The notes: generated by a model not told the origin, from the letters alone. Counted from the stretch's first letter, positions 18,377 through 28,929 are shown. The stretch is DNA of 64,000 bases from Gallionella sp. (GCA_003134595.1 PLBS01000005.1:130-64129), one strand, 5' to 3'. Translations and numbers: made by a program.

Positions 18377-19912
18377 CGGCTTCTTGGCTCCTTTGGTCAA
18401 CCCACGACTAGGAGTGTTACGCCTGTTGGTGCTCTGCCTACTAAGCCCAGACTTCTTGACAAAATCTCCCTCCTGAAAATTTAAGTGAGTTGCAGCGTAT
18501 CTCTCAGCCGTTTCATGATTCGACACACGAATTCCGCGAAATGCACGAGGAATACTTGGTTCACTACGATACCCAAGTGGGGAGTCATTTGCAAAAACCA
18601 GATATGTGTTATCCCAGAATATTTCGAAAACTGGCCGTGCAACAGTCTGCAAAAATCGTACTTCCAGAAGGAAGGGGTATTTCACTACCAAAGCATTCAA
18701 CCGTGCAATTGGCGACTTAGGTGAATCCTTGCCACTGATCTGCGAATCATCAATCCGATCGGCAATATATATCTTAATTCTCACCCGTCGCTGAAGCGCT
18801 TTGTTCATTGCATCTTCAAAATCTACCGAGAATCTCGACTCGTTTGGTATTGTTGTGGTGACTATGAGTTCATGCTTAGCGTTCAATAGAGCTTCCTTTA
18901 AGCAGAGAGGGAACTCAGCGGCACCCATGTGTCGAACCGGGATGGTTGCAAGCTCAGACTCGACGTCTTCTAACTCTTGGACATATTGCGCGAACTGGCC
19001 CCGTACATTCTCTGTGGCGTCGTCTTCGGCTAGCCTGGGTGCAATAGTGGTAATGCGCCAATTAAGAACTGCGCGCCTTCTGGATAAGTCTTCGTGGCTT
19101 TCGCCGGATGCTGTAGCAATATTTAATTCGCGCAAACGATTTTCAACCGCAAGTGCTCCAGCGCGCCGATAAAACCGCTGATCTGCACCAACATGTAGCC
19201 CTCCGTCCTTCAACGCAAAAGAAGAACTCAGCTTTTCATCAATCTGGCCATCAATTGCCAGTTTAACCACAGGAGCGGACTTGCCATTTTCGTATATCAA
19301 AAATGCGGCATGTCGGTACTTGTGAAGTGTCCGGCGAACTCTAACAAATCTGAGAATGCTTTCTCGATCATCAGTTATATCCAACTCGCGAACAGCTCTG
19401 CGATAGGCTTGGATGGTCTTCACATCCAATTCATCAGTTGAGGGTGTTCTCAAGATCGCGGGGAATCGTACCTTCAACTCATGTCCCCGCTTAACACGTT
19501 CCGAGACAAGTTCTTGACGGCTGAGAATTGGAGTTTCAGTAATAGGGTCCCACATTACGAAGATAGTCTTGTCGATATGAACGCAGTCCCCGTTTTGCTG
19601 AAGAGCCTCCTTTCCCCGGCGCAATAGAGAAATACGCCCATCGATCCCAATAACGACCATCTCATCTGATTTCATTTGCTCTATTAATATGTCCATAAAC
19701 CTCTCGCTGAATCCTAGGAATGCCGCAATTTCCTGGCTAGTATCGAGACCAACATCACAAGTCTTGAGCACAAATTCGACGGGGCTAGGGAGTTCACGCC
19801 GCTCAACCGCCAAGACGTCAACAGTGAGCAGCTGGCATGGGATAAGGGCAGGGAGGTAGTCCACAAGCGGCTGCCCGTCATGAGATGAATACCGTTGTGC
19901 GATCTCGTCCAT
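18353..19912 (-). CDS. mkoB: Mokosh type I MkoB-like protein (PLD-fold C-terminus with degenerate HKD motif)
   Basis: Starts 2 bp downstream of the kinase-helicase; PLD-like segment 'LKEALLNAKHELIVTT...ALQRRVRIKIYI...EIFWD'. Confidence 0.7.
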   Translation of the reverse strand: MDEIAQRYSSHDGQPLVDYLPALIPCQLLTVDVLAVERRELPSPVEFVLKTCDVGLDTSQEIAAFLGFSERFMDILIEQMKSDEMVVIGIDGRISLLRRGKEALQQNGDCVHIDKTIFVMWDPITETPILSRQELVSERVKRGHELKVRFPAILRTPSTDELDVKTIQAYRRAVRELDITDDRESILRFVRVRRTLHKYRHAAFLIYENGKSAPVVKLAIDGQIDEKLSSSFALKDGGLHVGADQRFYRRAGALAVENRLRELNIATASGESHEDLSRRRAVLNWRITTIAPRLAEDDATENVRGQFAQYVQELEDVESELATIPVRHMGAAEFPLCLKEALLNAKHELIVTTTIPNESRFSVDFEDAMNKALQRRVRIKIYIADRIDDSQISGKDSPKSPIARLNALVVKYPFLLEVRFLQTVARPVFEIFWDNTYLVFANDSPLGYRSEPSIPRAFRGIRVSNHETAERYAATHLNFQEGDFVKKSGLSRQSTNRRNTPSRGLTKGAKKPKVTVRKS

Positions 19913-19914
19913 TG

Positions 19915-22900
19915 TTACGCTTTTTCAACCGCACAAAAATCAGGATTCTCACTGATGTGATTAAGTACTTTTAAAAATGGATTATTTCCTTTCACTGAGC
20001 GACAGAACCTATCGTCACCAACAATTACAAGCGCATCTTTGGCTCTCGACAAAGCCACATTTAACCGCCTGCGTTCTCGCTGAAATCCGAGTTGTTGGCG
20101 ATCATTTGATCGAGTCACACTGTAGATACAAACGTCGGCATCTCTGCCCTGAAAGGCGTCAACGGTATTAACTTCGATATCCATATTCCTCCGAGAACTA
20201 GTTTCCTGCTCAAGAGCCTCATTTAGTGCGCGAACTTGAGCTGCATAGGAAGAAATTATCGCTACTTTAACGCCTATTCGCCCTCGACTAAGAGCATCTG
20301 AGAGTCTTCGCAAACATGCCATAATAATTTGCACCTCGTCACGATTTGCGAAACTTGACCCACTTGGCACCTCTCTATAATTCTTGCTGGACGTAGATAT
20401 CCATGTGACAGGTTTTGGAAAAGCAATTGCGATATTTGAGTTTCTCTCATCGTTTAAGCGTACATTCTCTAATTCCCCGTGGTAGAAAACCTCGCTGATT
20501 AACTGCCCTATACCACTCACCATTCTTCGTTGTTGCCTCAGCTGACCTTTATTCGTTTCAGGAAGCCCTTCCAACATGATAGAAAGCATCGTCTTTTCCA
20601 GATCAGCACTACTCGCTCCATCAACTTTTGTTAAGGAGCGATCTTCAAAGAATGGAGGAAGCTGCTCAGGGTCGCCGACCAGTACCCACGATTTGCTACG
20701 TGCCATTGGTACAAGTGTTTCTGTTGCAGTAGCTTTAGATGCCTCATCTATGATGCAAAGGTCGTAGGACTGCTGGTAAATTGCAGGAGTGCTTGCTAGC
20801 CCAATGCACGTTCCAGCTGCAACGCGAGACTCACTTAACACTGCGCCATGAAGGCAACGGGCATCTCCGAGGCGGTCAAACCAATCGAGTTGGAGAGTGA
20901 TAAGCGATTTTAACTTCACCCCTTCCTTGACTGTCGGATTCAATGCTTCGATCCACTCATTTGCACTGGTTTCATCTGCGTCTGCAATTGCGGTGCCATA
21001 GTCGCTGCAAGCACGCAAGTCCGCTTCCAGTCTTGCAATTCTACTGGCAATGTTTTCTCGTTCGGTCCTCAACCGCTCTCTTCGGTCAAGCAGCGTTGTC
21101 GTTTCCAACAAGACCCGGTCACCATCGGGTGTGCCTGTTTCGTTTAATACGCGTTCACGGTCTGCGTCAATGCGCGACTCCTCTTCTATTAAGCCTAGCA
21201 AATCATCGTTAATTTGGTTGAGTCGGCGTTTACTATTGACCAAGAGACTCCCCAATATTGCGACCTCAACTTCCTGACTATCAACCCCGAGATCGGCTGC
21301 ATATCTCTCCATAAATTTTCGAGCACGTTCCTCAGCGACCGCCCCCCATTTGCGAGCCTTTTGATCAAGCGTGAGGCTCCTGACAGAGGCCTGGACTTTT
21401 ATCGCACTACTTGCAGAGGTAGAAGTCACGCGTACGATTTCATCGCTTAGTCCGTTCTCCTGTAGTTTCGTGATGACATGATCGAGAGCCACATGAGTCT
21501 GTGAACTTAGCAATATGCGCTTATTTGGGTTTCTTCTGAGGTAAACAGAAATCAGTTCAGCGATCAGCGTTGTCTTACCTGTGCCTGGTGGTCCCTTTAC
21601 CGCATGTATACTTCGCACTCCAAGCGTTGCATCCAAGATTTCTAACTTGTCCGGACTTAGGGTGGTCTGAGAACGGTCGATGCCAGCAGGCTCGGGAGGC
21701 GTAGCTGAGGATGGATCACAAATTATATCTAGAAGCTTCGGACTGACAGCTCTATCTCTGCGAATTTCTTCGATGGCATTTCGCTGGCGACTGATGGCCT
21801 GTCGTTCAGCTTCAGTATTACTTTCTATTGCTGCGCCAGACTGCGGTACGAGATGCGCTGCCCCCAACACTAACTTCATTATTAGTTGGTCAGCCACGAC
21901 ATCTTCAACTGAAAAGATAAGTGGTCGACCTGATGACAGTTGAATCACTACAGACTCACCGACCGAATCCTCAGTAAACTCGTCTATGATCGTAGCTATA
22001 AAACGATCTCCGTCCTGCTTTATTGATTTGGCTCTCAGGCGCATCTGTTTCGATTTGTAGTAACGTTCCTTTTCTCGAAGAAACGTATTCCAAGAGTCGA
22101 ACCATCTAAAACGCGCTCGTTCATCGTTTTGTCGCTGAAGATCGTCCTCGCCCATCTGAAGGAACATTATTAATGATCGGACACTTTGCAGGCAATTTGA
22201 TCCAAAAGGTGGGTTCCCGAACACGACAGACATGTGCTCCAGTCTCACCATTTCCTCCCGCCTCCGTTGGGCAAGTGCCGGGCTTTCGAAGTCGATATGA
22301 GTAACTATGAAGCGATCATGCAACTGCTGATTCAAAGAGCAGCGCAGCATCGCCATAGTACCCACGAGGGTTATCTGCGGTGTGCCAAGTGCATCATCTA
22401 TGCTTGCGGCGCATTCGTGAGAAAATATATCAACGATGAGCCCATTGATCTGCGAATCTGAAAGATTCGAATAAGCCGCCTTTACTTGCCCAAGAGCTTT
22501 TGGAGACCATTCTAGATAGACAACCCACTTGACTGAGGACTGCCCCATTGCCGTGAAATGAAATCGATCAATGGCCGCCATTAATATCGACGCCGTCTCA
22601 TGTCGAGCATCTCGATCAATGGACAATGCTCTTTCTAGTTCTGCCTTTGGGGTCTCGTTCACACGAAGGGCACGTAGCCCAGCCTGAAGTTCGGCTAGAT
22701 CATGGTATATTTTTCCGGTCAGGCAAGAAACGGTGATCGCTGCCCATGAATAAATGTCCCTTCTCTCTGGCAGAAATCCATCATCTACCTCAGATGGCGT
22801 ATATGGTTGCGATCCTGCAAATTTTAAGGTGGGTCCGATCTGAGGTTTGTCTAGACACCTCGCAATTCCGAAGTCAATCACGTACGGAATATCTCCCTCT

Positions 22901-23400
22901 CCAATCATTATGTTGTGGGGTTTCATATCACGGTGTGAGATGCGACGACCGTGTGCATATTGCATCGCCCCAAGGATCAGGCGACCGAAGCGCTCGTAGT
23001 AGTCCTTCCAGTTCATCGGCCCGGACGAGGCTATACGTTTAGCCAGATCATCTTTGAGCCAGGGTAATATGAGGTAAGGAGAACCATCATTAGTTTTCCC
23101 TGCGCTAATTAAGGAAATAATGTTGGGGTGTGAGAGCTTATTCAATGCATCGTATTCACGATCAAAGGCTAAAAGGTCATCACTTGACCCGCCACCGCTC
23201 TTAACGGTTTTGATGGCAAACAATTGTCCCGTGATTATGTCCTCCGCACGATAAATGCTAGACATCCCCCCTTTTGAGAAAACGAGTTCCTTTACCATGT
23301 ACCGATCATCGACCAGATCGCCGATCGAGAATTTACCTTCGACAACATCAGTATTCATGATCATCCCATTGGTATTCAGAACAGCGCATAGTTTTGTCAA
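19915..23400 (-). CDS. mkoA: Ser/Thr kinase fused to SF1 (Upf1/DNA2-like) helicase; Mokosh type I MkoA
   Basis: Kinase GGMSSIY, HRDMKPHNI, IDFG; helicase GPPGTGKT, IIDEASKA, VGDPEQLPP, TVDAFQG, RLNVALSRAK. Confidence 0.82.
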   Translation of the reverse strand: MTKLCAVLNTNGMIMNTDVVEGKFSIGDLVDDRYMVKELVFSKGGMSSIYRAEDIITGQLFAIKTVKSGGGSSDDLLAFDREYDALNKLSHPNIISLISAGKTNDGSPYLILPWLKDDLAKRIASSGPMNWKDYYERFGRLILGAMQYAHGRRISHRDMKPHNIMIGEGDIPYVIDFGIARCLDKPQIGPTLKFAGSQPYTPSEVDDGFLPERRDIYSWAAITVSCLTGKIYHDLAELQAGLRALRVNETPKAELERALSIDRDARHETASILMAAIDRFHFTAMGQSSVKWVVYLEWSPKALGQVKAAYSNLSDSQINGLIVDIFSHECAASIDDALGTPQITLVGTMAMLRCSLNQQLHDRFIVTHIDFESPALAQRRREEMVRLEHMSVVFGNPPFGSNCLQSVRSLIMFLQMGEDDLQRQNDERARFRWFDSWNTFLREKERYYKSKQMRLRAKSIKQDGDRFIATIIDEFTEDSVGESVVIQLSSGRPLIFSVEDVVADQLIMKLVLGAAHLVPQSGAAIESNTEAERQAISRQRNAIEEIRRDRAVSPKLLDIICDPSSATPPEPAGIDRSQTTLSPDKLEILDATLGVRSIHAVKGPPGTGKTTLIAELISVYLRRNPNKRILLSSQTHVALDHVITKLQENGLSDEIVRVTSTSASSAIKVQASVRSLTLDQKARKWGAVAEERARKFMERYAADLGVDSQEVEVAILGSLLVNSKRRLNQINDDLLGLIEEESRIDADRERVLNETGTPDGDRVLLETTTLLDRRERLRTERENIASRIARLEADLRACSDYGTAIADADETSANEWIEALNPTVKEGVKLKSLITLQLDWFDRLGDARCLHGAVLSESRVAAGTCIGLASTPAIYQQSYDLCIIDEASKATATETLVPMARSKSWVLVGDPEQLPPFFEDRSLTKVDGASSADLEKTMLSIMLEGLPETNKGQLRQQRRMVSGIGQLISEVFYHGELENVRLNDERNSNIAIAFPKPVTWISTSSKNYREVPSGSSFANRDEVQIIMACLRRLSDALSRGRIGVKVAIISSYAAQVRALNEALEQETSSRRNMDIEVNTVDAFQGRDADVCIYSVTRSNDRQQLGFQRERRRLNVALSRAKDALVIVGDDRFCRSVKGNNPFLKVLNHISENPDFCAVEKA

Positions 23401-23625
23401 TCCGGCATAAATCTCTTTAATCCGCTCTCGTATTCATCGAACATCGTGCCCAAATGCATATGAAATAGCAACTGCAAAGCTCGACGTGATGCTGTGAACG
23501 CCAAAAGAAATCCGCTTATGTGCCCGCACGGATTCCCTGCCAATGCCCCACATAGCGGGCATCCAGATGTTGGTGGAAATTTACATGTAACTGTTCGCTT
23601 GAGTTTAGAAACTGACCGTCATTTT

Positions 23626-23717
23626 CTCGGCCTTACCGGACTCTGGCGGTTTGCTGAAAAGGTTGTCGGTGCAGCCTGCTGGAATATCCGCTTCCAACTT
23701 TTTCGAACAATCACTTT
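23626..23717. repeat. 92-bp dispersed element, copy B (between Mokosh and Gabija)
   Basis: About 84% identical to copy A in the same orientation. Confidence 0.9.
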
Positions 23718-23904
23718 TAACCCCAAGGCGACGCTGAACAATACTGTCATCAGCGCCACAAAGTAGTCGTTAGCTACTTAGGGGCGTTTGGCCGCGTGGC
23801 CTCTCGATGATAGGTGCGAAATGAGGTGGGACATCTCTGCCGTAGAGATGTCACTGGGAGGAAAATGATGCTAATGTTCCGGCTTGGCGTTATTAGGTTG
23901 ACAT

Positions 23905-25758
23905 ATGACGAATTACGGGAAAGAAAGCGGCATCGCAATAACGACTGCAAGGATCCAAAACTTCCGCTCGCTGGCTAACATTGAGGTGGGCCTGAGCGAT
24001 CTAACCGTCCTCATTGGAGCTAATAATGCCGGCAAGACCAGCTTCTTGGACGCGTTGTTCGCAGCGGTGGGCAGCGGCCGGAAATTGCTCGGACCCGACG
24101 ACGTGCGTCTGGCGCCAGGGGAGGCGAACGCTCCTAAGACGCGGGAAGTGCTGATTGACATCAAACTGCGTCCTATAGGGGACGACGGCAACATTGCCGA
24201 CAAGTATCCCGCAGGCAGTTTTTGGACCGGCCTTTGGGGCACGCCGGGTATAGCAACCGACGATGACTTCAACGAGTTCACGCCCATCCGCACCACACTG
24301 AAGTGGAGTGACATGAAGGGAGAATATATCGTTGAGCGCAAGTTTCTGAAGGAGTGGAAGCCTTTCGCCGACTGGACGACTGCGACGACGCACGACAGGC
24401 CGCTGGGGGCGGCACAGATGGAGCCACTCGCACTTCACTACATGGATGCCAAGCGGGACCTCGACGAGGACCTTCGCAGGCCTGGCTCTTTCTGGAGACG
24501 TCTGACGGATGACCTGGGACTCAACGACGCCGACATCGCCGTAATGGAAGGCGCTCTTTCTGACATCAATCATGAGATTGTTGCCAAGAGCGAAATCCTG
24601 AAGCACCTCAAAGAAAATTTGGCTGACTTGCAAAACGTAGTGTCGGCCGATAGCGGCGAGGTCGACATCGCTCCGGTCGCCAGGAAGCTCCGCGATTTAT
24701 CCAAGGGCGTCGACGTCTCCTTCAACACAACGGGCGCGCAGTCCTTTCCGCTGGCGCGCCATGGGATGGGAACACGTAGTCTCGCTTCCCTGCTGGTGTT
24801 CAGAGCCTATGTGTCTTGGAGAAACAAACAAGCGACCAAGGGCGGCGATAAGGTCCATTCGGTCTTGGGCCTAGAAGAGCCAGAGTCGCACCTACACCCA
24901 CAGGCCCAACGCTCGCTTTTTGCACACATAAGAGCGATTCCGGGCCAGCGTATCGTGAGCACACATTCCCCTTACTTTGCAGGCCAGGCGCAGCTCGAAG
25001 ACCTTCGGCTATTCATTAAGAGTGGGGGTGACACCATCGTTTCCCGATTGGACCTAAACTCGTTGAAGGACCCGAACGATGTGCGCAAGCTCCAAGAGAC
25101 AGTCATAGACACGAGAGGCGACCTCTTGTTCTCCCGCGGCCTGGTACTGTTTGAGGGCCAGACGGAGGAACAGGCGCTTCCAATTTGGGCGCATAGGTAC
25201 TGGGGGGCTAACATACATGAGCTCGGCTTTTGCTTCGTGCGCGTAAACGGCACGGACTATTTTCCTTTCGTATGGCTTGCCAAGGAGTTGCGGATCCCTT
25301 GGTATGTATTCGCTGACGGCGAAGCTTCTGCAGTCAAGGACCTGGACGCCGCATTGAAGAAGGCAGGCGAACCCACTTCGGTACATTGCACAAACGTTGT
25401 CGTGCAATCCGCCGGCAAAAACTTCGAATCCCAACTGATCGACGAAGGTTACATGGCAGAGATCGAGCAGGCGCTAAACGAGATGAGCGGGGCGAAGACG
25501 TTTCTGGACGACTTCATCGCTTCCATGCACGGCCAAAAAGGTAAGAAGGGCGTACTCAGGGACTATCAGTCAGCCGGAGGCAGGGTGCGCGCTGCCTTCG
25601 ACGCAATATCGGGTGCCAAAACAAGCGTGTCTAAACACCTGGCCCAGGTGATAACGTCGGCTGCAGACCCAGCGCGGAGATTCCCGTCTAAAATCAAAAA
25701 ACTGTTCGAGATCGTCGGCCTCGAGCACGGATTGAAGAAGTGCAAGGATGAGTCGTGA
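23905..25758 (+). CDS. gajA: OLD-family ABC-ATPase/TOPRIM nuclease, Gabija GajA
   Basis: IQNFRS, GANNAGKTS, GMGTRS, LEEPESHLHPQAQ, STHSPY, TOPRIM FEGQTE. Confidence 0.88.
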   Translation: MTNYGKESGIAITTARIQNFRSLANIEVGLSDLTVLIGANNAGKTSFLDALFAAVGSGRKLLGPDDVRLAPGEANAPKTREVLIDIKLRPIGDDGNIADKYPAGSFWTGLWGTPGIATDDDFNEFTPIRTTLKWSDMKGEYIVERKFLKEWKPFADWTTATTHDRPLGAAQMEPLALHYMDAKRDLDEDLRRPGSFWRRLTDDLGLNDADIAVMEGALSDINHEIVAKSEILKHLKENLADLQNVVSADSGEVDIAPVARKLRDLSKGVDVSFNTTGAQSFPLARHGMGTRSLASLLVFRAYVSWRNKQATKGGDKVHSVLGLEEPESHLHPQAQRSLFAHIRAIPGQRIVSTHSPYFAGQAQLEDLRLFIKSGGDTIVSRLDLNSLKDPNDVRKLQETVIDTRGDLLFSRGLVLFEGQTEEQALPIWAHRYWGANIHELGFCFVRVNGTDYFPFVWLAKELRIPWYVFADGEASAVKDLDAALKKAGEPTSVHCTNVVVQSAGKNFESQLIDEGYMAEIEQALNEMSGAKTFLDDFIASMHGQKGKKGVLRDYQSAGGRVRAAFDAISGAKTSVSKHLAQVITSAADPARRFPSKIKKLFEIVGLEHGLKKCKDES

Positions 25759-27608
25759 CGAGCGTTTTCAAGACAAGGCTATCAGCCGAGCAGTTAGAGG
25801 TTGTGTGTCATATCGAAGGGCCACTGCTCGTTGAAGCTGGGCCCGGGTCTGGCAAGACTCGCGTCCTCACTGAGCGAATCCGTCACCTCTTGACCAAAGT
25901 TTCTGGGCATTTCCGCATTCTGGCACTGACCTTCACGAACAAGGCAGCCGACGAGATGAAGGATCGGCTGCTCGACCTTGGCGACGAGCGCGAACGTGCC
26001 TTCATCGGCACCCTTCACAGCTTCTGTCTGGATATGCTCACCGAACGGGGAAAGCTGGTGGGCGTACAGGGCACCCCCAATATCTTCGAACAGTTCAAGG
26101 ACCGTAAAGAGGTCTTGCTCAAAGCCATTGAGGAAGACCCCCTGCTGTCGGACGAAATCAACCAGATCGAGGACTCGAAGGAGCGCAATAGGCGGGTGGA
26201 CGGATGGCTGACTGGCATTTCCAACATCAAGTCACATCCAATCTCGTACGCGGTGATTGAGGACGAGCTGACTCAACATGTTATGGATGCCTACGAGGCC
26301 GGGATGCGAGCCTGCAACGCATACGATTTCGACGACCTGCTGCTGCTCGCCTATAGGCTCCTTGTCGGGAACCCCAAGCTAGCGGATCTCTACCGTCGGC
26401 TCTACCAGTTCGTGTGTATCGACGAAGCGCAAGACATGAATGAGGCCCAGTACGCAGTGATCTGCGCGTTGTGCTCCGATGGCTACAAGAACGTCATGAT
26501 GGTGGGGGACCCGCGGCAGTCTATCTACGGCTTCAACACGTCCGGTCCTGAATACATGGAGCGCTTCGGCGTGGAATTCGCGGCCAAGAGAATCGAGCTG
26601 ACCGCGAACTACCGCTCGTCGAGAGCAGTGGTAAAAGTGGCACAGTTGCAGGATCCAAACTATATGGTCGCCATGCAGTTGCCAATTGAGGGATCGGTCA
26701 CAATCCTTGTGGGGCAAGACGAACAGGACGAAGCTAAGCAAATCGCCGATGAGCTCCAGCGGTTGTTCTCCGAAGGTCATCCAGATGTGGAGGGCGGTGT
26801 CGAGCCATCCAAGTGCGCGATTCTCGGGCGTACCAGGTTCGCTCTACTTGCCATTGAGGCCTTGCTCAAGGAGAGGAATGTTCCTTACTACAAGCGGCTG
26901 ACGGCGAACCATGAAAACGAGTCCGAAGTGGTAGACGACTTCCAATTGGCCATACGGGTCTTGGCAAATCCGATGGACCGCTTGCACTTGTCCGCTCTTG
27001 CGAAGAAATGGAAAGTGGCCTTTCCTCTCATGTCCGACTACAAGTCCGACTACGTGTCCGCGCTAAGGGGCATGGCAGAGGCGGCGAGCGGCACGCGGCC
27101 GCTGGCGATATACGAAGCCATCGAAGCCATCGCGAATAACCAGTCACGCCTGGACCTAATGCCGGCGTTGAGCATACTGGAGAGGTACGCCGACGGCCTT
27201 GAGGAGCCCGACCGCCTGGCCATCTACGAGGATGTGGCGGTTTTCCGGCAGGAGTGGGATCAATACCTGCGAGCGGCCGGCGGATCGAAGGCGCTAAGCA
27301 GTTTCATCAGCAGCAAAGCCCTCGGCAATACGCAGAAGGCTGCCCGCGAGGGGGTTGCGTTACTAACCGTTCACTCGTCCAAAGGGCTCGAATTCGATGT
27401 TGTGTTCATCGCTGGGATGGCTGAAGGCACTTTTCCCGACTATCGTGCGACTGGCGCAAAGGAGCAAGCCGAAGAGCGCAGAAATGCGTTTGTAGCTGTC
27501 ACGCGTTCGAAGCGGCTGCTCTATCTTAGCTACCCAGCCAGTCGCGTTATGCCATGGGGCGGAACCCGGCGTCAAGTGCGATCCCGGTTCTTAACTAATT
27601 TGAGCTAA
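25755..27608 (+). CDS. gajB: UvrD-like helicase, Gabija GajB
   Basis: AGPGSGKT, LTFTNKAA, IDEAQD, VGDPRQSIY, NYRS, TVHSSKGLEF, FVAVTR; 4-bp overlap with gajA. Confidence 0.88.
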   Translation: MTSVFKTRLSAEQLEVVCHIEGPLLVEAGPGSGKTRVLTERIRHLLTKVSGHFRILALTFTNKAADEMKDRLLDLGDERERAFIGTLHSFCLDMLTERGKLVGVQGTPNIFEQFKDRKEVLLKAIEEDPLLSDEINQIEDSKERNRRVDGWLTGISNIKSHPISYAVIEDELTQHVMDAYEAGMRACNAYDFDDLLLLAYRLLVGNPKLADLYRRLYQFVCIDEAQDMNEAQYAVICALCSDGYKNVMMVGDPRQSIYGFNTSGPEYMERFGVEFAAKRIELTANYRSSRAVVKVAQLQDPNYMVAMQLPIEGSVTILVGQDEQDEAKQIADELQRLFSEGHPDVEGGVEPSKCAILGRTRFALLAIEALLKERNVPYYKRLTANHENESEVVDDFQLAIRVLANPMDRLHLSALAKKWKVAFPLMSDYKSDYVSALRGMAEAASGTRPLAIYEAIEAIANNQSRLDLMPALSILERYADGLEEPDRLAIYEDVAVFRQEWDQYLRAAGGSKALSSFISSKALGNTQKAAREGVALLTVHSSKGLEFDVVFIAGMAEGTFPDYRATGAKEQAEERRNAFVAVTRSKRLLYLSYPASRVMPWGGTRRQVRSRFLTNLS

Positions 27609-27696
27609 CGTCGGACGAACCACTGACCTCACCAGCAGGTTCTCCAAGGATGGGCATCACTTAACGCTGACATTCATAAAAGTTCACTGTTGGCAG

Positions 27697-27788
27697 GAAG
27701 TGACTGTTCGAAAAATTCGATAGCGGACATCCCGGCAGGCCGTACAGATCCCATTTCCAACAAAACGTCAAGGTCTTCTAAGGCCGAC
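27697..27788. repeat. 92-bp dispersed element, copy C (inverted, downstream of Gabija), followed by a partial opposite-facing copy at 27794-27819
   Basis: About 72% identity to the reverse complement of copies A and B; 27794-27819 GACCGTC-N6-TCGGCCTTACCGG matches 23614-23639. Confidence 0.85.
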
Positions 27789-27973
27789 TTCCAGACCGTC
27801 TTCATTTCGGCCTTACCGGGAGTCCGTGACTGAGGGCAGGGGAATGATGGCATGACGGCGGGTTTAGCCGCGTCTAAGCAACGCACGCTGCCTCACGGAA
27901 AGCGCGTGTGCGGCGATTTGGATGGGGGCGAGGTGAGCCTCTTCGACCAAAAACACACGCACCATGGGGAGGT

Positions 27974-28873
27974 TTAGTACATCAGTGATTTAAAATCGAT
28001 TGGGTCTGGCCGCTTGTTTTTAGAGAGCCAGATTGCCGCTTCTCCTTTGCAGGAGACGACTTCACTATCGCTTATTCCAGAGCGCCATCTAAGACTCCCA
28101 GATCCCCCGCCAAAAGTTTCTGCAAATATTTCTGTGACGCATGCATGAAAGGTATCTACGGTTCCATTTAGGCCAGTCCCAAGCGAAAAAGCCAATAATT
28201 CTGCTGCTTGCCCATTGTATTTGTCGACCGCCAGACTTAGGGTGTTATTTGCTTTTGTTGGGTCGTAGAATGGAGCTTGTTTTTTGATGATCATTTCACC
28301 CATCAAATATCCCCAATGCCGGGCATATTTTTTACCGATTTCAAGGGCCGTTAATAAGTCCCATTCATGTTGCCAATCTTTTTGAGACCGGTACCAATAC
28401 GCCATTCTTATTCCTGCGAGAGGTAAGTGCAATTCATCCCATGCCATCTTGAGATATTGGATCGCACGGGCTTTGTCCTGAGGAACACCCGCTCGCCCAT
28501 CAGAATACATTACCCCGAGGTTGTAGGCCGCTTTGGGATTGGTTTTAGCGCAATATAAAAACCATTTCTCTGCTTTTACAGAATCCTGCTTTATCCCTTT
28601 CCCTGCCTCGAATAAATAACCAACAAAATTACACGCCGAGGAGTCGCCTTTTTTTGCATAAAAAAATAATTTGTTTGGGGTGGTATTTTTGGTAATTGCT
28701 GCATTGAATTCTGACAGAATTATCTGCTGATTATTTGATACTTCAGGTGCCGCTTTGAACTTTGCATACAAAGCCGTCAGATCAAAATCAGGCTTTAAGT
28801 CATCTTCACTTTTTGCCTGAGCATTTGCTGCTAGCGCAACCATTAAAATCAATACAAGTTTCTTGATTTCCAT
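27974..28873 (-). CDS. Secreted Sel1-like repeat protein
   Basis: Signal peptide; SLR motifs ACNFVGYLFEAGKGIKQDSVKAEKWF and AAYNLGVMYSDG..VPQDKARAIQYL. Confidence 0.85.
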   Translation of the reverse strand: MEIKKLVLILMVALAANAQAKSEDDLKPDFDLTALYAKFKAAPEVSNNQQIILSEFNAAITKNTTPNKLFFYAKKGDSSACNFVGYLFEAGKGIKQDSVKAEKWFLYCAKTNPKAAYNLGVMYSDGRAGVPQDKARAIQYLKMAWDELHLPLAGIRMAYWYRSQKDWQHEWDLLTALEIGKKYARHWGYLMGEMIIKKQAPFYDPTKANNTLSLAVDKYNGQAAELLAFSLGTGLNGTVDTFHACVTEIFAETFGGGSGSLRWRSGISDSEVVSCKGEAAIWLSKNKRPDPIDFKSLMY

Positions 28874-28929
28874 TTTGTGAAATTATTACGATAATTGCTA
28901 ATTATACACAAGTGCAATAGAATCACTTA

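Noticed and set aside
18201-18476. Similar ORFs at 18201-18476 and 23494-23766 as a paralogous gene pair
   Set aside because: The similarity is mostly confined to the 92-bp repeat, one ORF is antisense to mkoB, and neither has a good RBS; treated as repeat shadows
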